Shown piece by piece: positions 26,438 to 38,560 of a stretch of DNA of 64,000 nucleotides. Each line of letters starts with the position of its first letter. Position 1 is the first letter of the stretch. The position numbers were made by a program, and so were the translations under genes. The stretch comes from Octopus sinensis (Eukaryota), in contig NC_043008.1 in NCBI RefSeq assembly GCF_006345805.1, positions 23,560,001 through 23,624,000 of the forward strand, written 5' to 3'. The notes beneath the pieces were generated by a model. The model was not told the DNA's origin. It did not search any database and saw only the letters and a program-made list of their open reading frames with translations.

Positions 26438-26665
26438 GTATTTCAAAATAGAAAATTACCCTTTAACAAGTAATTTTTACATGCTAGAAATAGCAGCCAA
26501 ACACGGCCAAAAGCCACAATTTTATAGCAAATTCGGAAGTAAATGAAAAATAAAAACCTTTACTTCGAAATTTGCTATAAAATTGTGGCTTTTGGCTGTG
26601 TTTGGCTGCTATTTCTAGCATGTAAAAATTACCTGTTAAAGGGCAATTTTCTATTTTGAAATACG
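26437..26665. repeat. Near-perfect 229-bp hairpin (MITE-like)
   Basis: 107-bp arms CGTATTTCAAAATAG...GAAGTAAA / TTTACTTC...CTATTTTGAAATACG with a 15-nt loop. Confidence 0.95.
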
Positions 26666-26735
26666 AATATGTTGTCTATCGACTTTTTATACATGCTAGG
26701 CCACTGGGGTGATATTTATAACGAGTATTCTCGCC

Positions 26736-26785
<50 letters not shown>

Positions 26786-26833
26786 AGGGAAGAAATGGAG
26801 CTGAACGAAGATGCTACAGAATTCCTTTTATTA

Positions 26834-26917
26834 TTTTCTACACATGTTTCAAAGGCCGCAAATTTCCAAATTCGGATTGAATAAGGAGACCATTTTGCAG
26901 CATTCTCTTCAGGAAAA
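26834..26917 (-). ncRNA. Hammerhead ribozyme with canonical core and extended stem II
   Basis: Minus strand: TTTTC-CTGAAGA-[55 nt incl. GCTGCAAA/TTTGCGGC]-GAAA-CATGTG-TA-GAAAA; (TA)n ~58 nt downstream. Confidence 0.75.
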
Positions 26918-27383
26918 TCCAGGAATTTAAAAATCCAAAACAAATGCGCAGCAAGGTATTCGAACAAAAAGCTCCTTAGGAGCCCATGAAAAAGCACAAA
27001 ACTGTCTCTCAATGTGCGTTGACGTCAGGGGGGTGGGTGGAGGCCGACGAAAAAGTCCGTTGGAATAAATCAAGGTCAGACTGCGGTCAACCCTGGTAGT
27101 GGAAGAAATACTGAAAACCAAAGGGTGTGAATATATTCTGTATAACTAAAGTTAATGTTCGGATTGTTTTAAGAATTAAGGCTATCTTATATAGGTGTGG
27201 GACTCTACCTACATGTATGTGTGTGCGCGCCTGTGTATGTGTGGGAGTCTGTCAGGCAGCGGGTAGAGGGAAAGAGAACTGCTGATTTTGTTGGTCAGGC
27301 AGCTGATAGGAGCCCGTGTCTGTGTGTCCGTCTGTGGTCAGCTTGTAAACAGATGACTTGTCAAATCAAGGAGAATATAATTC

Positions 27384-27452
<69 letters not shown>

Positions 27453-27519
27453 GAAATATTAAAATTAAGTCTCTCTAAAGGAGATTACGGCAGCGTTACT
27501 GGATATTAATAGTTATCGC

Positions 27520-28050
27520 CATACTAATATGGTAGTCTATAAATATAACACTAAAGCTGTCGCTGATTAGCTCCAAGAGGCCATCGCCTCTAGCTAGCTA
27601 TATGACACACGAACCTGCGTCTATTACAACCTTCGAACAGTGGATGTATTCCACTGTATCTAGGTAAATAAAATCTTCGAACAGACGGTCAGTAACGACA
27701 CCTGCGGGTCTGACTACGCTGCATTGATAAAGGGCAACAACCCTGGAACGTGTCTGAGATGTCTGACTAGCAAGGTGAAGCGGCTCACATCCCCTGTTCG
27801 AAGGTTGTAATGGACACAGGTTCATGTGTCATATAGCTAGCTAATCAGCGACAGCTTTAGTCTTATATTTATAGACTACCATATTACAACCTTCGAACAG
27901 GGGAGGTCAGCCGCTTCACCTTGCTAGTCAGGAATCTGCAGACATGTTTCAGGGTTGTTGCCCTTTATCAATGCAGCGTAGTCAGACCCGCACGTGTCGC
28001 TACTGACCGTCTGTTCGAAGATTTTATGTACCTAGTTACAGTGGAATACA
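27520..28050. repeat. Nested or overlapping inverted repeats
   Basis: 27528-27640 pairs with 27795-27885; 27625-27812 pairs with 27884-28050. Confidence 0.85.
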
Positions 28051-28504
28051 TAAATTTGACGTTCACAGGCTTAATGATAACAGATACAAACATCAACATA
28101 AACAGGCTAAATAAAATATGTAGCAACTTCTGTAGTCACAAAGGAAAGCCGATACTCCCTCAGATATTTAACTTGGTTAAAATAAAATAGACAGATCAAT
28201 GCAGAAGATATTACCAACAAAATTAGAAGTATTTCTGGAAGCATTAAAGTCTGCGAAGGAATCACGCAGGAAAATATTGAACAAAACAATAAACTCAGCA
28301 CTTGAACAAACTTGGACACTCATAATAACGGAATAAATAAACCAGGTTCTGCAAAAATCAAACAAATGGAAGGCACCAGGAAGCGACAAGATCCCCAACT
28401 TTTGATTAAATTATTTAACAAGGACAGATAAGGAGTTGGACGAGAAGTTTAGTGATACGCTGACGGGAATGAGATAATTCGTGTGTTCAAACAAATTTTA
28501 TGGT

Positions 28505-28895
28505 GTCTAGGGAGAGTCATTATACCAATATTAATAACACATGCACTGGTCCAGTTCCACTCCTTTATCATTAATCATTTAGTTTAATATCCAACTAACT
28601 ATTTGTTTGTTTGTGTAACTTGGTTAAACACACGCACGCATCAAGGTCTCAGACAGACGACAAACGCGTAACAGACTAAAATAAAAGCCACTAGAAGGGT
28701 TGCAGATAGCAACGAAAGACCTTTGACGAAAAAAACAAGACAAACAAAACCCAAACAAACGACTAACTGTTTAACCAAGTTAAACAAACACTCGATTAGT
28801 TAGTCGGATATTTAACCAATTGACTAATAATAAAAGAGTGGAATTGAACAAGTGCGTGTGTTATTAATATTGGCTTAATGACTCTCCCTAGACAC
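28505..28895. repeat. ~390-bp foldback (MITE-like) insertion
   Basis: GTGTCTAGGGAGAGTCATTA..CCAATATTAATAACAC / GTGTTATTAATATTGG..TAATGACTCTCCCTAGACAC; arms continue to ACTTGGTTAAACA/TGTTTAACCAAGT. Confidence 0.8.
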
Positions 28896-29489
28896 AACGA
28901 AAGGAAAATAATTTTAATTGTCAAATCTAATGAAATCACACACCCACAAAACTACAAACCCATATTATGTACCTCTGCCACTTAACAAAGTCTTACCTGC
29001 ATTAATATCACTGACAGTAAGCAGACATATGGAAGAAAACAACATGTTTCCAGAAGAAGAGAAACTCACAATTGAAAACTGCAGAAACAAAAGATGTTCT
29101 GAGCATGTCCCACTGCCATCATGTGGATTCTGAAAATACTAGCCATGAGGAAAATAATACACAAAACATTTATCATGAGGAAATGGTGATCAGTTCAGCA
29201 GCAAAAGACAAAAGAGGGAAATAAAATAAAGCTAAATCCATCCCCATTAGAAGAGGAATAATCCAAAGAGACTCCTTCTCTCCACTAACGGTTTTCTATC
29301 AGAAAAATGCGCCAAAGCAACCTTGAAGAGACTAAAACTAACTACGATAGTTTTATCATACTAGATAAAGAAATTCAAATAAGATAATTAGACCAAACTC
29401 AAACAAATACCCAGGAATCAGTGAACTGGATTGACTAGTCAGTGTACACCAAACACAAAGCAAACAAGATGAGAAAGGAATATTCTTTT

Positions 29490-29890
29490 CTGCTCTAGAC
29501 ACAAGGCCCGAAATTTTAGGGGAGGAAGCAGTCGATTAGATCTACCCCAGTATGCAACTGGTACTTAATTTGTCGACCTCGAAAGGATGGAAGGCAAAGT
29601 CGACCTCGGCGGGATTTGAACTCAGAACGTAAAGACGAAATACCGCTAAGCATTTCGCCCGGCAGGCTAACGTTTCTTATGTCTTTATTGCCAACAAGGG
29701 ACAAACAAGGACAGACAAAGGGGTTAAGTTGATTACGTCGACCCCAGTGCGTAACTGGTACTTATTTAATCGATCTCGAAAGGATGAAAGGCAAATTTCA
29801 GAGGAATTTGAACTCAGAACGTAGCGGCAGACGAAATACCGCTAAGTGTTTCGCCCGGCGTGCTAACGCTTCTGCCAGCTCGCCGCCTTT
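29490..29890 (-). mobile_element. Tandem tRNA-derived SINE copies
   Basis: Reverse complement of GGCGAGCTGGCAGAAGCGTTAGCACGCCGGGCGAAA...GAGTTCAAATTCC..GTCGACTTTGCCTTTCATCC. Confidence 0.85.
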
Positions 29891-30147
29891 GAGGAAGGAA
29901 TATTATAAGCGAATTAGATTAATGCTTAAGTCAGAAAAATAAGGTAAGAGGCATCAATAATCTCGCTGTCCCATTTATAAGTTATAGTTATAATATTCCT
30001 AACTGGACACTAAATGACTTGACGAAAAGAAAAAATATAAACAAAAATGAAACAAAAAATAAAAAGCAAGAAAACAATGAACTATGAGCTATCCACATAA
30101 TTCCTACCAGGAATAAGACTGAACCTGAGCCAAGCCCAAATTATAAT

Positions 30148-30465
30148 ATGAAAATTAAAATTTTCGGAGACGTCTATGTATATGACAGTTTAAATTTATC
30201 CATCTTACAAGAACTAACCACGCAGATAATTACTCTCTACTCGCCACAAAACAACATAACACCTACAATTAAACAAGTTGAAATAATTAATCCCCAGGCT
30301 GGTCCGTACGATTGTGGTCTTTTTGCGCTAGCATACGCATTTGAACAGGTCATTGGAAACTCACCAGAAAAAAGTTTCTATTTGATCAATCAAAAATGGC
30401 TTGAGGACAATAAATTTGTTCCTTTTCTAAAAAAAGAAAATGTTTCAAATGCCAACAAAAACTAA
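30148..30465 (+). pseudogene. Ulp1/SENP-like (C48) cysteine protease remnant
   Basis: VYVYDSL ... PQAGPYDCGLFALAYAFE..IG..P, then FLFDQSKM in a shifted frame; catalytic His segment not seen. Confidence 0.55.
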
Positions 30466-30559
30466 AAAAGTCACACACTTTTTATCACCCACCCAGATAT
30501 GGGTTACATCGACAAAGACGAGTAGAAGTTGTGACCCTTCACAAAATTATCAACAGCAT

Positions 30560-32880
30560 TTTTGACACCTAACAGATTCCATGTTTTAAGTGAGGATTTC
30601 CATCAAAGCCCCCCAAAAGAGAGTAAAAAATATGATGCAAGTAATGCTAAGGAAAACTCTAGACCAAGAAAATCAACCATGTTAGAAAATAAGACGGTAA
30701 TAAATTTATCAAAGTTAAAACTTTCACCAGACGATATCTCTGTCTTAGAACTTGGACTTAGTTTCTGCCCAAGCACTAAGAATTTTGGCAAAAATAAATG
30801 AACACAAGGATTATATCAGTTTGTTCACCGTCACAAGCTTCAAGAACATTTTGTTTGAAAGAATTGGTAACGGGGAGTCTGAAAATCCCATGTTTGTTGA
30901 AAGAAATGATGATGATCGGATCTGGCATAGTTGGATTTTAAAGAATCCAAATTGGTATCCGGACGTTCACAAGCACTGTTGGAATTTCTCAAATATTGTT
31001 AGATAGGAATTTCCTGTAGGAAAAAGAGCTGGTTAACCTTACGGATTCCTAGCGTAGCACACTCCGTCGCCTAGCAATTAATTGTTATTAAGATGGTGGA
31101 TAAAGGAGGTGCTATTATAATTATGGACAAGAACGAGTACATTTCAGCTTGTGAAGAAGTTTTAATTGACAAAACTTATGAAGAACTACCTGTAGATCCA
31201 AACCCCAATTACAGAGAGGAACTTATAATTTTGGAAATGTAGAAAAAGAATTTTATAAATGACATGGAATCTAAGCTATTACGTTCAGAAAGAAGAACAT
31301 CTGTATTTTACGGTCTTCCAAAAATACATAAAAAATTCGAAAAATTTCCATAATTGCGCCCAATTTGCACTGGGTATGAATGCATTGCTAAAATTTCAGA
31401 ATGCTTGGATGGCTTTCTGCTCTCAGTAGCTGAAAGATCAAATTCCTACATTCGGGAAACTTTTGATTTTGTTTCCAAATTGAACAAATTTTCTAAACAC
31501 CGAAGTAGTGTTAAAGACCGTTTTTTTTTTGTAACCATGGATGTTTGTTCCTTATACCCCAACATCGATCACGATGTTGGGGTGGAAGCATGCATGAAAG
31601 CCTTTGAAAAATCGTCAAAGAAAAGTATTCCTTCAAAGTTTCTCTGTGAATTATTAAAATTTGTGCATACAAAGTAACACAATGAAGTTTGGAGAAAAAA
31701 TGTTTCCATCAAACGAAGGGATGCGCCATGGCAGTTAATTTCGCAAATGCCTTCATGACAAAATTTGAAACGCAATTAATGGAGACATCTAAATCTCTGC
31801 CTGATCACGAACCTATACTCTGCTTATGGTTCATTGACGACGCCTTTCTTTTGTCTGGGAAGGAAAACAGGTTAGTTTAGTCAAATTTTTTAATTTCTGT
31901 GACTGCTTCGCAGAAGACTATGGTTTTAAGTCCAAGATAAAATTCACGTCGAGCTTTTCAAATACTAGCGTCTAATTTTAGGACATAAAAGTCAAGTTTT
32001 CGGAAGGCCGAACAGTCATCCCATATTTATCTCCACCACCGCTATGATCATCCACATTATACAATCAGATAAAATCCAAAATCTTAGTTTTTGAGGATAA
32101 GACATTGGGGATTATTGGAAATAGACAAATACTTTGGTGCGCCTTTTATGTAAAGCGTGGTTATAATGAATCAAGATCAAAGGAAATTGCGAATGACATA
32201 GCTGAAATTAGTGGTGATCAAATTTTCACGCCTAATTTTAGCAGTCAGAAAAGAGTTTATGACCGAATTCCTTTATTGATTAACTGGCACCGAAGTTTCG
32301 TTGGCATTTCAAAAGTGTTGTATGACAGTTACCAGCGTGTTTCAGAAAAATATCCTCATTTCCGACAAATATTTCCTCTTCTGCATATTGTAGCCTTTAG
32401 ACGTAATAGAAATATTAGAGAAATATTCACCAGTGTCGTTAATAAAAGGTCCATTGGAGTTTCTGAACGCTATACCACCCAAAACACCCTGCTCGTTGTG
32501 CAATAACACGAGCCTTACCAATTCCAGCAAGAATTATAACAAATGTTATGATTGATACAGAAGGAGAGACCTGTAGAGATTCCCATTTGGTGCATGCAGC
32601 GGAATGCATTAAACACAAAATGATTTATGCTGGTTGCACAACAGAACGATTACAAAAAAAGATTTAATGGGCATAGGTACGACGTCAGGTGCAATAACAG
32701 TCGATCCACGGAACTTGTGGAGTATTTCACATCAAAAGGGTGTAAATTTGAGGAGGACCTGAAGGTGCACATTCTCAAAAATCACCCTCATTCCCCTGCA
32801 CTTTCAGTCCTCAAAACCCATGAGGATAAATATATATTTGTGAACTCTTGACATCTCAGCTTGGAGGAATTCCACCATAT
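30560..32880 (+). mobile_element. Penelope-like retroelement (N-terminal domain, RT, GIY-YIG), decayed
   Basis: VINLSKLKLSPDDISVLELGLSFCPS; KMVDKGGAIIIMDK; FYGLPKIHK; LRPI; TMDVCSLYPNI; QTKGCAMA; WFIDD; IYAGCT..LQKRFNGHRYD. Confidence 0.9.
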
Positions 32881-33049
32881 TTATACTATAATTTTGAGTG
32901 AACAATTTTTTTTTTCAATTCTTTTCTTTCTTTTTGTTTTTTTTTTTCCTTTCCTTCCTTCTGCTACCTTTTGTGAAAAAACGAAGACTGATGACGTCGC
33001 AGTTATTCCGGTTTAATTTTGAAATTTCAGTGTTTGCTAACTTTGAATT

Positions 33050-33089
33050 TAATTTAATTTTAATAATAATAGTAATAATAGTAGTACTA

Positions 33090-33143
<54 letters not shown>

Positions 33144-33161
33144 TCAACAACAACAACAATA

Positions 33162-33243
<82 letters not shown>
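33050..33243. repeat. Graded trinucleotide array (TAA)n-(CAA)n-(CGA)n-(TGA)n
   Basis: Direct reading. Confidence 0.95.
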
Positions 33244-33665
33244 CAAACTGGACATAGTCTTAATTCAGAAAAAAAACAAAGCCAGACATAGTCCTAATTG
33301 AGAAAGAAAACAAACTATGGTGGATCATAGATATAGCATGCCCAGCTGACAACACGGTATGCGATAAGGAAGACAGAAAAGTTGAGAGATATGACAGGTT
33401 AGCTTGGGAAGTTAAGCAGTTGTGGTCGATGAAAAAAGTAGCAGTAGTACTAGTAATTGTCGGAGCCCTGTGAACAGTGAGCAAAAATCTCGAGAAGTAC
33501 GTGGAAAAAATAGGAGTTGCAATAAGGGTGGAGCACTTGCAGAAAACAGCACTGCTTGGAACCGCTCGAATACTCTGGAAGGTGCTCGAAAAATAAGAGG
33601 TGTTACCTTAGTAGTGAACAACTGACACTGTAGTACATCTCCAGCGTTAGAAGCTGTGCAAAGGC

Positions 33666-33666
<1 letters not shown>
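33244..33666 (+). mobile_element. R4/Dong LINE 3' end (RLE domain) with (TAA)n tail
   Basis: KPDIVLIEKENK..WIIDIACPAD...RYDRLAWEVKQLW...LQKTALLGTARIL. Confidence 0.85.
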
Positions 33667-33732
<66 letters not shown>

Positions 33733-33735
<3 letters not shown>

Positions 33736-34293
33736 GCCCTGATGCAGTACCAGGCAGTGGCTCTCATGGCTTCTGATCTTAACAGATTGGAAGTGTTATC
33801 ATGTACATTGTTTTGTCTTGGTATAAAAGATGGATGGGCTACAGCAAATATTCTGCTCAATACCACAGATTTGCTTGTCAGTTGTTTGACCATAACCAGT
33901 TGAGCATGTCCCTTAGTGGCTGACAATATGTGCTTCTCTGATCACGAGCGGAAGTAGTGGGGGAGCATCATAGCCATGTGTTGAGGGGGATTCTATGGAG
34001 TTTGAATAATTCACCTCTGGAAACATAGGTGTTTCATTCAACATCCTTAAACAACCCTTATTCAGGGACCTTTTGAGCGAGATGGGTTACTTGACCAGAA
34101 GAAAATTCTAACTGGGCCCCACCTGCAAGGTCATGTGCTGTTTATCTTCATATGAGATCACCATGTCGCGCACATATGGTTGTGATGTATGTGCCTGGTG
34201 TACCCTTATCAGACGGGTAGTCATGATGGGTATACTAGGCTTCGTATATTTTACCCCAGTGTCACTTTGATGGCATGCACTGCTCTCTCACTC

Positions 34294-34366
<73 letters not shown>

Positions 34367-34924
34367 GCCCTGATGCAGTACCAGGCAGTGGCTCTCATGG
34401 CTTCTGATCTTAACTGATTGGAAGTGTTATCATGTACATTGTTTTGTCTTGGTATAAAAGATGGATGGGCTACAGCAAATATTCTGCTCAATACCACAGA
34501 TTTGCTTGTCAGTTGTTTGACCTTAACCAGTTGAGCATGTCCCTTAGTGGCTGACGATATGTGCTTCTCTGATCACGAGCAGAAGTAGTGGGGGAGCATC
34601 ATAGCCATGTGTTGAGAGGGATTGTCTGGGGTTTGAATAGTTCACCTCTGGAAACATGGGTGGTTCTTTCAACATCCTTAAACAACCCTTATTCAGGGAC
34701 CGTTTGAGCGGGATGGGCTACTCAACCTGAAGAAAATTCTAACTGGGCCCCACCTGCAAGGTCATGTGCTGTTTATCTTGATATGAGATCACCATGTCGC
34801 GCACATATGGTTGTGATGCATGTGCCTGGTGTACCTTTATCAGTCGGGTAGTCATGATGGGTATATTGGGCTTCGTATATTTTACCCCAGTGTCACTTTG
34901 ATGGCATGAACTGCTCTCTCACTC

Positions 34925-34968
<44 letters not shown>

Positions 34969-35529
34969 TAATAATAATCATAATAACAACAACAACAACA
35001 ACAGCAACAACAACATCAGCAGCAACAGCAACAACAACAACAACAACAACAACAATAATAAAGCCCTGTTGTAGTTCCAGGCACTGGCTGTCATGGCTTC
35101 TGATCTTAACTGAATGGAAGTATTGTCATGTACAACGTTTTGTCTTGGTATAAAAGATGGGCGACAGAAATACCACAGATTTGCTTGTCAGTTGTTTGGC
35201 CTTAACCAGTTGAGCATGTATCTTAGTGGCTGACAATATGTGCGTCTCTGATCACGAGCAGTAGTGGGGTTTGAATAATTCGCCTCTGGCAAAATGTCTT
35301 GTCCAACATCCTTAAACAAATTCAAGGACTTATTCAGGGACCTTTTGAGTTGGATGGGTAACTCGACCTGCAAGGTCATGTGCTGTTTATCTTGATATGT
35401 GCCGCGCACATATGATTGTGATGCATGTGCCTGGTGTACTCTTATCAGACGGTTAGTCATGATGGGTATTCTGGGCTTCGTATATTTTACCTCAGTGTCA
35501 CTTTGATGGTATGCACTGCTCTCTCACTC
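33733..35529. repeat. Three head-to-tail copies of a ~470-560-bp non-coding element separated by (TAA)n/(CAA)n
   Basis: Units 33733-34293, 34364-34924 and 35062-35529; each begins GCCCTG(A)TG(C)AGT(A)CCAGGCA and ends CTGCTCTCTCACTC. Confidence 0.9.
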
Positions 35530-35532
35530 AAT

Positions 35533-35566
<34 letters not shown>

Positions 35567-35624
35567 CCAACAATAATAATAAGAAGAATAAGAAGAATAA
35601 GAAGAATAAGAATAAGAATAAGAA

Positions 35625-38150
35625 TAATTGGTGCATTGGGAACGGTAAGCAAAGATATGGACAGATGGCTGAAAGAGTTTGGAATAGAATGCTCAGAAGA
35701 GTTTCCACAAAAAGTTTGTCTCTAAGTGACCACAAGTAAAATAATTCTTTGCTAAAAGGATTCTAGTAAAGGCAATGTAGTGGATGATTATCGGCCTATC
35801 ACCTGTCTACTCCTGATGTGGAAGCTGATGACAAGAATAATATCTAATGTTGTCTATTACTTCCTGCATATGACAAACTTCCAGTAGAACAAAAAGGACG
35901 CAAAAGGAAAAACCAAAGGTCAAAAGACCAACTTCTGACAGAATGTGTCATGAATTCGTACATATACAAATACGCATACATATTTTTGTACGTATGTGTG
36001 TGTGTGTGTGTGAGAAAAAGAGAGAGAGTGAATTACATTCTCTCTCTGTCTCCCTCCTCCCCACACGCACAGAATGGTACTGAACGACTGCAAGAAAAGA
36101 CTTACTAATCCTCTGCGTGGTGTTAATCAATTATAAGAAATCGTATGACATGATCCCCCATTCCTGGACTGTAGACAATTTGGAGCTGATACTGGTGTCT
36201 GATAAAATATATTGCATTAGGAGATCAATGAAAAACTGGAATACAGAGCTAACTTCATGTCTAAATGTTTTGGCGAGGATTAAAATTAAGAGAGACATAT
36301 TTCAAGGAGATAGCCTATCACCATTACTGTTTAGTTTGTATGATACCCCTCACACAGATACTACGAAAAGTGACATTGGTATACACTTTGAAAAGTGGAG
36401 AAAAATTAAACCATCCGTTATATATGGATGACTTAAATAGTTCTGGAAAGAACGAACGTGAAATAAACGGCATAGTTTCAACAGTGTAGATATTCAGTAA
36501 GGATATCGGAATGGAATTTTTGAGTATAGTTATGGTACAAAAAGGCAAAGTCTGATGGTGTAGAGCTACCCAACGGCGAGAAAATTAAGGATATTGAAAC
36601 TAATGGATATAGATATCTTGGGATCTTGGAAAATGACAAAGTCAAGGAAAGTGAAATGAAGGAAAGCTTTACGTGAGAATATCTCAGAAGGACCAAATTA
36701 ATTATGGGATGTAGGCTCAATGGAAAAAATGAGATCAGGGCAATGAACACATGAGCTGTTTCTTTAATGCGATATGGCGCAGGTGTTGTTAGGTGGACAA
36801 ATAAAGAAATGGACACGAAAACCAGAAAAGTGATGGCAATTAGCACGGAACTACACCCCAAAAGCGATACTGTTATTTATGGATAACTTTAAGATTTTTG
36901 GGAAGACCGAACGTGAAATAAATGACATAGTTTCAACAGTGCAGATATTCAGTAAGGATATCGGAATGTAATTTGGGTCTAATTAATTTTTCTCCACTTT
37001 TCAAGGTATACCCCAATGTCACTTTCCTTAGTATCTGTGTGAGGGGTATCATACAAATCAAACAGTAGATACCTAGGAACAGAGGAGGAAGAGGCCTCAT
37101 AGAATGCAAGATCTATGTTGTCAACGAGAAAACAGTCTAAATCCTTGCTTGACGCTGTTAGAATTAACAATACGATACCTACCGAAAATATGATGCATCC
37201 ACAAATATTTAAGAAACAAGATGAAGAAGAAAGAGTAAACAATTGGAAAATGAAACCACTGCATGGGCAATAACCTCAGAGAAATCAAAGGAAAAGACAA
37301 GATCTACAATTGGAGATGGCTAAAAAAAAGAAATATGAAAGGATGCACTGAGGCATTGATATGCAGCGCCCAGTAACAAGCTCTGAGAACTAGTTACACC
37401 AAGTTCTAAAGAGATAAGAGTAACGAATCTCCCTTTGTAGGATGTGTGGCATCAGAAATGAAACAATCTCACATATTGTGGGTGAGTGTAGCAAGCTGGC
37501 TCAAAAGCACTACAAAAGGAGACATGATAACGTGGTTAAGTTCGTCCATTTGAGGCTATGTGAAAAGTATGCTCTCAAAAGAGCACGGAAATGGTACGAA
37601 CATGAACCAGAAGGAGTCACCGAGAACAAGGAATATAAGATACTGTGGGATACTACAATCCAATGTTACTCCCTAATCGAGTCTCGGCGACTAGATATTA
37701 TGATAGACGAAAAAAGGAAACCAAGACTGCAGATATTGCAATATCCGGGGATGCACGCGTACGTGACAAAACACTAGAAAAAAATTGAAAAGTACAGACT
37801 ACTAACAGACTAAATTACAAGATTGTGGACTATGAGGAGAGTGTCTGTCATTCAAGCAGTTGTAGGGGCGTTCGGAGCACTAACAACCAAGTTCGAGAAA
37901 TATGTCAGAGAAATCGGAATTGACATGAGAGCTGAGTAAGCTCCCAAACTGCGCTGCTGGGGACAGCTAGGATTTTGAGATTGGTACTTGGATGTTGAAT
38001 GTCTCCCACGATAATTAACAGTCAAATACCAAAGCTTATAACGTGCAGAAAGAGACCCTGGGAGACCTCTGACAGAAACTACCAGAGCAAACAAGATCGA
38101 GCGCTCTGAGAACTAAAGCAGCAGTAGCAACAACAACAACAACAACAATC
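35625..38150 (+). mobile_element. R4/Dong-type LINE remnant (RT, CCHC, RLE) with internal rearrangement
   Basis: YRPITCL, YKKSYDMIPHSW, IFQGDSLSPLLF, LYMDDL, CRMCGIRNETISHIVGEC, YKRRHDNV, KILWDTTIQ; (CAA)n tail. Confidence 0.85.
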
Positions 38151-38560
38151 CTTTCTACTATAGGCACAAAGTCTCAAATTTGAGATGGGGGAATAGTCGA
38201 TTACATCGACTCCAGTGTTCAACTGGTACATATTTTATCTATCTCGAAAGGATGAAAGGCAAAGTCGGCCCCGGTAGCATTTGAACTTAGAACGTAAAGA
38301 CGGATGAAATACTGCTAAGCATTTTGTCTGGTGAGCTAATAATCCTTCTTATTATAGCCAAAAGGCCCGAAATTTTCAGGGAGATGGTCATTCGGTTACA
38401 TCGACCCTGGTGCTCAAATAGTATTTATTTCATCGACCCTGAAAGGATGAAAGTTAGAGTAGACCTCGACGAAATTTGAGGTGAGAACGTAAGGAGGCGA
38501 AAGAAATACCGCTAACCATTTTGTTAGACGCGCTAATGAACCTGTTAGCTCGCCACCAAC
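38150..38560 (-). mobile_element. Two decayed SINE copies
   Basis: CGAAAGGATGAAAGGCAAAGTCG..ATTTGAACT..GAACGTAAAGAC motifs. Confidence 0.8.

Larger units (their letters stand above)
28060..30030 (+). mobile_element. Fragmented R4/Dong-type LINE interrupted by a MITE and SINEs
   Basis: SNKWKAPGSDKIP, MFPEEE, SFSPL, LKSENKVRGINNLAVPIISYS.NIPNW. Confidence 0.6.

Noticed and set aside
32976-33025. CTGATGA downstream of the Penelope GIY-YIG
   Set aside because: No stem II, stem III or NUH arrangement follows.
33990-34145. Partial HDV-like nesting in the 560-bp tandem unit (minus strand GACCTTG/CAGGTC, GGGGCC/GGTCCC)
   Set aside because: L3, P1.1 and J4/2 do not match the fold; the pairings may be simple local hairpins.
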